Of a DNA stretch of 19,372 bases, positions 10,655-18,240 are shown in pieces. How positions within the stretch are numbered: position 1 is the stretch's first letter; each line of letters begins with the position of its first letter. Both the position numbers and the translations under genes were made by a program. The stretch is from Thainema sp. (GTDB taxonomy: Bacteria > Cyanobacteriota > Cyanobacteriia > Phormidesmidales > Phormidesmidaceae): positions 1-19,372 of the forward strand of contig JBQLZK010000094.1 of the NCBI GenBank assembly GCA_052168235.1. Reading direction: 5' to 3'. The notes beneath the pieces are model-generated. The model searched no databases. It was not told the DNA's origin and worked only from the letters and a program-made list of their open reading frames with translations.

Positions 10655-11575
10655 ATGTCTGACCCTCGCTGCCCTAATCATTCCCGCTTTGCCCTGGCCC
10701 GCTATCCGACGCTGATTGGCTTCACGGCCATTTTGATGTGGTCTACTCTGGCGCTGCTGACAACGCTGAGCGGCGAAGTGCCGCCGTTTCAGCTCACGGC
10801 AATGTCGTTCACCATTGCTTTCCTGATTGGCCTCGCGCTGTGGATACGTCAGGGTGGCAACATACTGCATCATCTGCGGCTGCCGCCCCAGGTTTGGCTG
10901 TTGGGCATATTCGGCTTATTTGGCTACCATCTTTTCTACTTCGTGGCGCTGGATCGAGCACCCGCAGTAGAAGCCAGCTTGATTTCTTACCTGTGGCCGC
11001 TGCTGATTGTGGTGTTGGCAGCACTCTTACCCGGTGAACGGCTGCGCTGGTTCCATATTGCAGGTGCGATCGCAGGTTTTATTGGCGCAGGATTGTTGGT
11101 CACCAAAGGCCAATCGTTTGCCTTTGAGCAGCAGTACAGCCTCGGCTACCTAGCGGCGCTGATCTGTGCCCTCACCTGGTCGAGCTATTCGTTACTGTCT
11201 CGCCGATTGGGCAAAATTCCAACCAACGCCGTCGGCGGCTTTTGTGGCGCGACAGCAGTCTTGGCCTGGATTTGCCATGCATTATTTGAACCGACCGTTT
11301 GGCCTGTCGGCAGCCAGTGGCTAGCAGTCGGTTGTATGGGACTTGGCCCAGTCGGGCTGGCCTTTTTTACTTGGGACTACGGCGTCAAGCATGGCGATAT
11401 CAAGCTACTCGGCGCGTTATCCTACACCGCCCCTTTGCTATCGACTCTGTTGCTGATTCTGTGTGGCTTAGCCGAGCCAACCTGGAGCGTGATTCTAGCC
11501 TGCTTGCTCATTGTAGGCGGTGCTGCTTTGGCTGCCGGAGAATTTTGGCAAGCGTTTGGTAAAGCTAGACCTTAG
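10655..11575 (+). CDS. EamA/DMT family transporter (YddG-like)
   Basis: About 10 hydrophobic helices; TLIGFTAILMWS, APAVEASLISYLWPLLIV, GPVGLAFFTWDYGVKHGD, LSYTAPLLST. I prefer the ATG at 10655 over TTG 10556 because the extension is made of tandem repeats. Confidence 0.88.
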   Translation: MSDPRCPNHSRFALARYPTLIGFTAILMWSTLALLTTLSGEVPPFQLTAMSFTIAFLIGLALWIRQGGNILHHLRLPPQVWLLGIFGLFGYHLFYFVALDRAPAVEASLISYLWPLLIVVLAALLPGERLRWFHIAGAIAGFIGAGLLVTKGQSFAFEQQYSLGYLAALICALTWSSYSLLSRRLGKIPTNAVGGFCGATAVLAWICHALFEPTVWPVGSQWLAVGCMGLGPVGLAFFTWDYGVKHGDIKLLGALSYTAPLLSTLLLILCGLAEPTWSVILACLLIVGGAALAAGEFWQAFGKARP

Positions 11576-11583
11576 TTCTGCAT

Positions 11584-12114
11584 CTAAACCGGAGCGATAT
11601 CGCGGGGATATCCTTTGACATCAGCCAATGCTGAAGCTGAATTTTGATCGCTCATGGGAATGACGCTAAACGTGCCGTTTGTTTCAAGCACCACTGCTTC
11701 TACCTCTTCTACTGCCGCAATACCATTGGAGCGAATAGAAGCCAGTACTTCTCGTTTGGTGACGCGCTCTCGCTGTAGGGCAGACTGCTTAAATTCGCCG
11801 CGATAAAGCAGCAGCGTCGGTTCTGCTTTCACTAAGCTTTGAACTTTAGAAGAATATACTGACAACCAGCTAACGAAAACTTGTAACGTCACCAGTAAGC
11901 CAAATCCAAACAAGCCTTGAATCAGCGAAGTACTGCTGTTGAGCACCATGGCAGCCAAGATGGAACCAAAGGCAATGGTGACAACAAAATCAAAGGCATT
12001 CCATTTGGCTAGCGTTCGCTTACCGGAAATTTGCAGCAAAACGATAACTCCAAGATAGCCAAGCACCCCCACTACAAGTGTTTGATAAAGCGATGACCAG
12101 TTATTGAATATCAT
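11584..12114 (-). CDS. DUF421 (YetF-like) membrane protein
   Basis: SGKRTLAKWNAFDFVVTIAFGS, three TM segments, EPTLLLYRG and AVVLETNGTFSVI. GGAG RBS upstream. Confidence 0.88.
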   Translation of the reverse strand: MIFNNWSSLYQTLVVGVLGYLGVIVLLQISGKRTLAKWNAFDFVVTIAFGSILAAMVLNSSTSLIQGLFGFGLLVTLQVFVSWLSVYSSKVQSLVKAEPTLLLYRGEFKQSALQRERVTKREVLASIRSNGIAAVEEVEAVVLETNGTFSVIPMSDQNSASALADVKGYPRDIAPV

Positions 12115-12227
12115 GTTTGCTTCTCCTACAAAATCGGATTTGGCATGACCGCCAAGCCAGCTTATTGTAGGCAGTGCAGCTCAATTTACCATCTGGCGCT
12201 CGAAGGATTAGTCTCATGCCATCAAGC

Positions 12228-12250
12228 AAAAAGGCACGCAACGCGTGCCT
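12228..12250 (-). terminator. Intrinsic terminator of the small minus-strand gene
   Basis: AGGCACGC-AAC-GCGTGCCT stem-loop (12232-12250) preceded by an A-run (U-tail on the minus strand), 9 nt past the stop at 12260. Confidence 0.75.
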
Positions 12251-12259
12251 CTGACTCTA

Positions 12260-12556
12260 CTACTGGTAATATCGCTGCTCTAGCCAAGCGCGAATTTCAT
12301 TTTGCGATGTTGCTACGAACGTTTGACGCGTCACTGGATCATAGACTGACCAAATCGGCGTGCCGTCATAGTTAATCCGTCGCCGGATAATCGGTTCGGT
12401 GCGATCGCGGGTCAGTGCTTCAAATATGGCAATGCTGACTGATTTGAGCGCGGTTTGAATGGAGGAGAGCGTCCGCTGACGAAATGAGGGGGCAGCAGAA
12501 CTTTGATAGAGGGTTTCAAGCTGTTCCCGGTCGGGGCAATTGGCTGGATTTACCAT
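12260..12556 (-). CDS. Conserved cyanobacterial hypothetical protein (about 98 aa)
   Basis: The C-terminus WSVYDPVT...SQNEIRAWLEQRYYQ resembles a small-protein family I recall from filamentous cyanobacteria. GGAGG lies 10 nt before ATG 12556 (the ORF track starts at 12613). The gene has its own terminator. Confidence 0.72.
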   Translation of the reverse strand: MVNPANCPDREQLETLYQSSAAPSFRQRTLSSIQTALKSVSIAIFEALTRDRTEPIIRRRINYDGTPIWSVYDPVTRQTFVATSQNEIRAWLEQRYYQ

Positions 12557-12659
12557 GAGAAGTAGCCTCCGGTGTGGCGGTAAAGATGGATGTCTCTGGA
12601 ATGCATCTAACATAGCGAGAGGCTGAAGGTAGAATCAAAGCCGTTTATCTATCACATTC

Positions 12660-13349
12660 ATGAAAGAAATCGATGACCCTCAAATTCGAGTTCTGCTGGT
12701 GGATGACCAAAGCATTCTGCGCCAGGGACTGCAAGCTTTACTGGATTTGGAACCCGATTTAGACATTGTCGGGGAAGCCGAGAATGGGCATTTAGCCCTG
12801 CAAAAACTGGCAGAACTTGAGGCTCAAACCCAGCTCCCGGACGTGGTGCTGATGGATATTCGTATGCCCGTCATGGATGGCGTGGCGGCAACTGAGGCAA
12901 TTCACACTCAGTATCCCAATCTGAAAGTGCTGGTGCTGACGACATTTGATGAGGATGAGTTAGTGGCTGCGGCCTTGCAGCGGGGCGCAGTCGGCTACTT
13001 GCTCAAGGATACGCCCTCGGAGGAACTCGCCGATGCGATTCGGGCCGTTCACCGGGGCTACACCCAGTTTGGGCCAGGGATTCTGCAAAAGCTAATGGCG
13101 GCACAGGTTAACCCGTCACCGGAACAGAAGCCGGAACTTCCGGATGGCTTTACTGAGCTAACGCCTCGCGAAAAGGAGGTACTGCGCCACTTGGCAACAG
13201 GTGCTAGTAACCGCGAAATTGCTCAGGCACTCTACATCTCTGAAGGCACCGTCAAAAATCACGTCACCCACATTCTGAGCCGCTTAAATTTTCGCGATCG
13301 CACCCAAGCCGCTATTTTTGCCAACTCGGTACTACATTTACTCGATTGA
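12660..13349 (+). CDS. NarL/FixJ family response regulator (REC + LuxR HTH)
   Basis: VLLVDD, PDVVLMDIRMPVMDG (phospho-Asp), LTTF, GYLLKD; HTH LTPREKEVL...SNREIAQALYISEGTVKNHV. Confidence 0.95.
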   Translation: MKEIDDPQIRVLLVDDQSILRQGLQALLDLEPDLDIVGEAENGHLALQKLAELEAQTQLPDVVLMDIRMPVMDGVAATEAIHTQYPNLKVLVLTTFDEDELVAAALQRGAVGYLLKDTPSEELADAIRAVHRGYTQFGPGILQKLMAAQVNPSPEQKPELPDGFTELTPREKEVLRHLATGASNREIAQALYISEGTVKNHVTHILSRLNFRDRTQAAIFANSVLHLLD

Positions 13350-13436
13350 TCGCAAGTTGATGATTACGCTCGTGAGTTTGATCGCCCTGTTATCCGTCGT
13401 TATTTTGGTTAAGATATTTACGCAACGCAACGTTGA

Positions 13437-13652
13437 AACGTTAGAACAGTTAAAGGACGCGGCATCGGTAGCGCTCTGATTCAGTTTGCACTTGATTGGA
13501 TGACAGAGGCCGGAATGTCAATTGCGATGGTCGAAACCGGTGGCGATCCCGGTCATGCCCCAGCCCATTACGTCTATGAAAAAGGTGGCTTCGAGCTATT
13601 TCCAATCGCCAGATATTTCAAAAAACTCCAAGTTACACGATTGGAAGAATAG
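13437..13652 (+). pseudogene. 5'-truncated GNAT N-acetyltransferase remnant
   Basis: From 13455 the frame reads GRGIGSALIQFALDWMTEAGMSIAMVETGGDPGHAPAHYVYEKGGFELFPIARYFKKLQVTRLEE* (acetyl-CoA motif GRGIG and YEKxGF). An in-frame TGA sits at 13434-13436 and there is no start codon before GRGIG. Confidence 0.78.
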
Positions 13653-13740
13653 ACTTTATTGGAAATAAAGTTTTTGGGGGGTGGAAATTGTTTTGTAGCG
13701 CGGCTCCGCCGCGCTACAAAACAATTTCCGATACAGTCTA
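13650..13740. repeat. Nested inverted-repeat element (MITE/REPIN-like) with a 22-bp perfect hairpin
   Basis: GGAAATTGTTTTGTAGCGCGGC-TCC-GCCGCGCTACAAAACAATTTCC (13683-13729). The outer imperfect IR TAGACTTTATTGGAAAT (13650-13666) / ATTTCCGATACAGTCTA (13724-13740) matches 15/17. Confidence 0.7.
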
Positions 13741-13744
13741 ATAA

Positions 13745-13800
13745 AACGACAGAATTAGGCGTTAGCAGAATTATGCCGCTAGCGGCATAATTCTGTCGTT
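13745..13800. repeat. 30-bp perfect palindrome with an extra outer arm; may also terminate hisS
   Basis: CAGAATTATGCCGCT|AGCGGCATAATTCTG (13766-13795). AACGACAGAATTA (13745-13757) also pairs with TAATTCTGTCGTT (13788-13800). Confidence 0.7.
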
Positions 13801-13813
13801 AAAAAACAAAAAA

Positions 13814-15073
13814 CTATCGCAGTCTTGCCTCTAACTTTTGGGGCAAATCGGCCTGAAGAAACTGCTCCTGTTCACCCGATTCAAGCCACTTCACCTGTAC
13901 AGTCTTGTTGGCCGCTTCATCGTCACCGATGATGATGCAGGCTTTGGCTCCACTGCGATCGGCGCGCTTAAATTGTTTGCCGAAAGCACTGCCACTGAGA
14001 TCGAGTTCCGCTGTGTATCCCGCCTGCCGTAGACGCTGCGCCACCAGCAGAGCTTGAGCTTCTGCCTGCTCGCCACGAGACACCACATAAAGATCAACGG
14101 TTTGTGCCGTTGTCATTTGCCGCTGTTGCAGTAGAAGTGCCAAACGCTCCAGGCCAATTGCCCAGCCTACTGCTGGGGTATCCGGGCCGCCCAGTTCCGC
14201 AACTAAGCCGTCATAGCGGCCACCGCCGCAGACCGTTGCCTGAGCTCCCAAATCATCTGACTGAATTTCAAACGCCGTGTGAGTGTAGTAATCCAAACCG
14301 CGCACCAAACAGGGATTCAGCTCATAGGTAATGTCTAGATCCGTCAGCAACTGCTGCACCTGATCAAAATGGCGCTTCGAATCTGGTGCGAGATAGTCCA
14401 GAATGCTGGGGGCTGCTTTGGCAATTTCCTGGGTTTTGGGGTCTTTGCTGTCGAGAATCCGCAGCGGATTGCGGGTCAGTCGATCTTGCGAATCCGCGTC
14501 TAGGTCAGCTTTGTAAGGGGTTAGATATTCCACCAGCGCATCGCGGTAGCGCTGTCGATCGTCGCTGGTGCCGACGGAGTTGAGGGCAAGGTGCAGATTT
14601 TGCAGCCCTAATGATCGCAGAAAATCGGTTGCGATCGCAATTACCTCCACATCGGCTCTGGGATCAGCACTGCCCAGTACCTCCACACCAATCTGATGAA
14701 ACTGGCGCTGCCGTCCCGCTTGTGGACGCTCATAGCGGAACATGGGGCCGGTATACCAAAGCCGCTGCACACCACCCTGAGCATGTAGCTTATTCTCAAT
14801 GTAGGAGCGGACGACGCCTGCCGTACCCTCTGGCCGCAGTGTCACGGAGCGATCGCCGCGATCCTGAAACGTATACATTTCCTTGCCGACAACATCAGTC
14901 GCTTCACCGATGCCTCGTTCAAACAGCGCTGTTTGTTCAAAAATCGGCGTACGAATTTCCTGATAGGCCGCCCGATGCAAAATTTTGCGGGCCTCCGCTT
15001 CCACCATCTGCCAGCTTTTCACCTCGTCGGGCAGAATATCCCGCGTTCCTCGTAACGCCTTAATCGCACTCAT
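13814..15073 (-). CDS. hisS: Histidine--tRNA ligase
   Basis: [56 protein letters not shown] and KQFKRAD motifs. Confidence 0.99.
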   Translation of the reverse strand: MSAIKALRGTRDILPDEVKSWQMVEAEARKILHRAAYQEIRTPIFEQTALFERGIGEATDVVGKEMYTFQDRGDRSVTLRPEGTAGVVRSYIENKLHAQGGVQRLWYTGPMFRYERPQAGRQRQFHQIGVEVLGSADPRADVEVIAIATDFLRSLGLQNLHLALNSVGTSDDRQRYRDALVEYLTPYKADLDADSQDRLTRNPLRILDSKDPKTQEIAKAAPSILDYLAPDSKRHFDQVQQLLTDLDITYELNPCLVRGLDYYTHTAFEIQSDDLGAQATVCGGGRYDGLVAELGGPDTPAVGWAIGLERLALLLQQRQMTTAQTVDLYVVSRGEQAEAQALLVAQRLRQAGYTAELDLSGSAFGKQFKRADRSGAKACIIIGDDEAANKTVQVKWLESGEQEQFLQADLPQKLEARLR

Positions 15074-15121
15074 GATTGATTACAGTCCTATCGACTCTGC
15101 TGCTGTTTAGAATAAGAGCTC

Positions 15122-15157
15122 AAAACAAAAGGCTTGTCGCCGCACAGCGGCGACAAG
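15122..15157 (-). terminator. Intrinsic terminator between the pedR-linked gene and hisS
   Basis: CTTGTCGCCGC-ACA-GCGGCGACAAG (15133-15157), an 11-bp perfect stem, preceded by AAAACAAAA (U-rich tail on the minus strand). Confidence 0.72.
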
Positions 15158-15308
15158 ATTCTCTTTCCTTTTAATGCAAAATGCGAGTGCTACATTGGGT
15201 GCAGCACTGCCAAACTGTATGAAAACTTAATGCGTTCCTATCCTATCAAGTTAGCTTGCCGGAACTAAACTGAGCAGAACAATAAAGCCGCATGATACCC
15301 AGTCACAG

Positions 15309-15593
15309 TTAGGAACGCAGCGTTTCCCATGCACCGAAGCGTTGCCCATAGTAGGCCAGAATTTGCTCCGCACGATGATAGGACGCTTCATCATCAGTTG
15401 TATGTCGGATGCGGATGCCGCCGATTTGGCTTTGCTGGTAGTCAAAGGTTTGAGACTGCTGCCGCAAAAGCTGTACCTCAACTCCATCAACCTGCTGCAA
15501 ATGCGCAGCCACTTCCCGATAAACCGCCAGCGGTAGATGAGGACAGCACAATTGATATTCAGACGGAAATTCAAACGTTGGCGATTTAGCCAT
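15309..15593 (-). CDS. Conserved cyanobacterial hypothetical protein (94 aa)
   Basis: LPLAVYREVAAHLQQV...FDYQQSQIGG...ILAYY matches a conserved small cyanobacterial family as I recall it. It is co-oriented downstream of pedR. Confidence 0.78.
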   Translation of the reverse strand: MAKSPTFEFPSEYQLCCPHLPLAVYREVAAHLQQVDGVEVQLLRQQSQTFDYQQSQIGGIRIRHTTDDEASYHRAEQILAYYGQRFGAWETLRS

Positions 15594-15753
15594 TGGACTG
15601 CTGCTTAATCGTGTTGTTTAGATATTTGGATGATTTTCGTCGGTTGTTTCGTCAGTTGATGTCAGTTTACAACCCTATTGGAGTGGTGCATTGCTGCGCG
15701 AATGTACCCTACGGTAATGCCCTCATTTAGGTTTGTCGTAGTGCTAACCGCAA

Positions 15754-16074
15754 TTAAGCAATGCTCTTACCTTGAACATCAGAATTTTCCAGAGAACCAT
15801 TGTGAACCGTTTTCTCGTCAAATGGAGGCAAAACGCAGCAGTTGACATTATCTAGACAAACCTTACCGGATTCTAGCGCCCAGCGAAACAGAGCAACGCG
15901 ATTACCAGTCGCCGTTTTGGTCAAAATATTGCTGATATGGTTGTCCACAGTCCGCTTACTGATATCGAGTTCTTCGGCGATCTCTTGATTGGTTAAGCCT
16001 TTCGCAACCATTTCCACGATTTGGATTTCTCGCTCAGAAAGGGCACTGTGCATGTGAGACTCACCGCTCGCCAT
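15754..16074 (-). CDS. pedR: Small LuxR-type redox-responsive transcriptional regulator PedR
   Basis: Stand-alone LuxR HTH (LSEREIQIV...LTNQEIAEELDISKRTVDNHISNIL) followed by GKVCLDNVNCC, the three-Cys tail of PedR. AGGTAGGA precedes ATG 16074/16080 (the ORF track starts at 16104). Confidence 0.85.
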   Translation of the reverse strand: MASGESHMHSALSEREIQIVEMVAKGLTNQEIAEELDISKRTVDNHISNILTKTATGNRVALFRWALESGKVCLDNVNCCVLPPFDEKTVHNGSLENSDVQGKSIA

Positions 16075-16329
16075 AGTCATTCCTACCTGTGTATATGTAC
16101 TCATCTACCCTAGATTCTAAAGGGTTCTCGCTGAAAGAGGAGGGGATTTATGACATTTTGAAACCCTCACCCCGGAAGAAATTTTCCAATTGCCCGAATT
16201 TGGACGTAACCATTCAGCGGGCCGACATTCAGCGGGTAAAGTGTTTCATCTTATAACTCAGATTTATGATTTCCTCAAACTTTTTCATTGTTACGTTAGA
16301 AAATGCAGAGGTTTAGCAGGATAAAACTC

Positions 16330-16842
16330 ATGTTGAAATTCAGGCACTGTGGACTGCATCAAGCAAGGAAATCTGCGATCGCACCTTACCCCACCCTTCA
16401 ACATGCGCTAAAACTCTTCAGCACCTTTTGTCTCCTACTCATGTGCTGGTTCAGCATCGGCCTATCTCCTAACCTAAGTAGCCCAGGCCATCACTTCGCC
16501 TATGCGGAGGAACAGCCGGATTTCGATATCGTGCCAGCAACGCCCACATTCAACACGTCTGATATCCAAGTTGACGACATTTCATCCGAGAAGATTAGCC
16601 AGTTTGTGCAGGCATATGTTCAAGTGGTTGAACTCATTGATCAGCGAGAAGCCGAACTCCAGCAAGCGGAAACTGAATCCGAATCGCTGCGGATTCAGCA
16701 TGACATCGTAGCGGAAGCATTTAGCCAAATTGAGGAAACGGGGCTCAGCCAGCAAGAGTACCTACAGCTTTTGGGATTGGCAAATATCGACCCAGAGTTC
16801 GGCGAACGGATTGCAACTCAGCTTGAAGAGATTAAACCGTAG
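16330..16842 (+). CDS. Exported DUF4168-like protein
   Basis: Hydrophobic signal region ending near AYA-EE, then ISSEKISQFVQAYVQV...IEETGLSQQEYLQLLGLANIDPEFGERI. The start is uncertain (16303, 16330 or 16441). Confidence 0.72.
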   Translation: MLKFRHCGLHQARKSAIAPYPTLQHALKLFSTFCLLLMCWFSIGLSPNLSSPGHHFAYAEEQPDFDIVPATPTFNTSDIQVDDISSEKISQFVQAYVQVVELIDQREAELQQAETESESLRIQHDIVAEAFSQIEETGLSQQEYLQLLGLANIDPEFGERIATQLEEIKP

Positions 16843-16898
16843 GAAGTGAGGAGTGAAAAGTGAGGAGAAGGCAAATTAAGTTGGCTCATGTTCAGCAT

Positions 16899-16947
16899 TT
16901 GAACGTTGGAACGTTGGAACGTTGGAACGTTGGAACGTTGGAACGTT
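16899..16947. repeat. Perfect octamer tandem repeat (GAACGTTG) x about 6
   Basis: Five exact copies at 16901-16940 plus GAACGTT at 16941-16947. Confidence 0.95.
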
Positions 16948-17003
16948 TTCAGAATTTTCTACTGTCCTAACTGATGTGGCTACGGCTATAGCAGCCAGAA
17001 ACC

Positions 17004-17060
17004 CCAAGACCCAAGTACCTAGCACCCAGTACATAGCATCCCAACACCTAGCACCCAATC
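17004..17060. repeat. Degenerate heptamer tandem repeat (CCYAGYA-like, about 8 units), STRR-type
   Basis: CCAAGAC CCAAGTA CCTAGCA CCCAGTA CATAGCA (T) CCCAACA CCTAGCA CCCAATC. Confidence 0.75.
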
Positions 17061-17208
17061 CTCCGTGCTCAACCCTAAGCCAGAAGCAGGCGAACCTTTT
17101 TAAATGCTTAAAGAAGAGAAATGGCCGATCTAGAACAGGGGAAGCCTTTGCTAATCTATGGCAGGTGCTTCATTCTGTGAGTTGCCTTCTCGTCTGAGGA
17201 ATTTCGTC

Positions 17209-18201
17209 GTGACCAGCCCCCGTGTTTTGTGTTTAGGAGAAGTGCTGTTTGATTTACTGGCGGATCAAGCCGGACAGCCGTTGGAGTCGGTTTCATCTTG
17301 GACAGCCTATCCTGGCGGGGCTCCGGCCAATGTAGCCTGTGCGCTCGTCAAACTGGGGACGCCTGCGGCTTTTATTGGCTGCGTAGGTCAAGATGCACCG
17401 GGTGAGACGCTTGTGAACCTACTGAATGAGATTGGCGTTAATACTCAAGGGGTGCAGCGACATGCCACCGCACCGACGCGTGAGATTTATGTAGTGCGAT
17501 CGCAAACAGGCGATCGCGAATTTGCCGGGTTCAAGCAATACGACACGACTGCATTTGCGGATACCCGTTTACAAGCAGATCAGCTTGATGTACAGCTTTT
17601 TGATGAAGCTGACTTTCTGGTGCTGGGTACGCTGGAACTGGCCTATCCGGATACGCGAGCTGCGATCGCAGCGGCACTGGATTTAGCCGAACAGCGCTAT
17701 TTGAAAGTCGCGCTAGACGTTAACTGGCGACCCGTTTTCTGGCCTGATCCTGATGCGGCTCTGCCCCTGATTCGGGATATTCTGCCGCGTATCGACTTTC
17801 TTAAACTGTCGGAAGAAGAAGGGGAATGGCTGTTTGGTACGACTGATCCAGGTGCGATCGCACGTCAGCTTGAAGATATTGAAGCGGTTTTTGTCACTCA
17901 GGGAGCCAAGGGCTGCGCCTACTATATATCAGGTAATGAAGGTCGCGCTCCCGCCTTGCCAGTGGAAGTGGAGGACACGACGGGCGCAGGCGACGGCTTT
18001 TTGGCCGGAGTAGTGCACCAGCTTGCCACTCATGGGCTAGTTAAAATCGACCATCCCGACCATGCGCGGCAGATTGTTACCTATGGCAATGCGGTTGGTG
18101 GTTTGACTACAACTCGACTAGGTGCGATCGCAGCTCAGCCAATCCGGTCAGAGGTGGAGGCGTTTTTGTTTTTGTTGAAGCAGGAGCAGCAGGAGAAGTA
18201 A
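17209..18201 (+). CDS. PfkB-family carbohydrate kinase (fructokinase-like)
   Basis: LCLGEVLFD, YPGGAPANVACAL, DVNWRPVFW, KLSEEE and DTTGAGDGF motifs. GTG at 17209 with GAGGA upstream (the ORF track starts at 17158). Confidence 0.92.
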   Translation: MTSPRVLCLGEVLFDLLADQAGQPLESVSSWTAYPGGAPANVACALVKLGTPAAFIGCVGQDAPGETLVNLLNEIGVNTQGVQRHATAPTREIYVVRSQTGDREFAGFKQYDTTAFADTRLQADQLDVQLFDEADFLVLGTLELAYPDTRAAIAAALDLAEQRYLKVALDVNWRPVFWPDPDAALPLIRDILPRIDFLKLSEEEGEWLFGTTDPGAIARQLEDIEAVFVTQGAKGCAYYISGNEGRAPALPVEVEDTTGAGDGFLAGVVHQLATHGLVKIDHPDHARQIVTYGNAVGGLTTTRLGAIAAQPIRSEVEAFLFLLKQEQQEK

Positions 18202-18240
18202 AAGGAGTGAGTGCTGAGTGTTGAGTGAATTTAGGTTACT

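Noticed and set aside
15251..15589. Overlapping ORFs 15251..15574 (-), 15329..15589 (+) and 15342..15536 (+)
   Set aside because: Alternative-frame or antisense shadows of the conserved 94-aa gene.
16899..17060. CRISPR array
   Set aside because: The units are 7-8 bp and contiguous, with no unique spacers and no cas genes.
16876..17197. ORFs 16876..17058 (-) and 16922..17197 (+)
   Set aside because: Their translations (TFQRSNVP repeats, WVLGTWVLG) are by-products of tandem DNA repeats.
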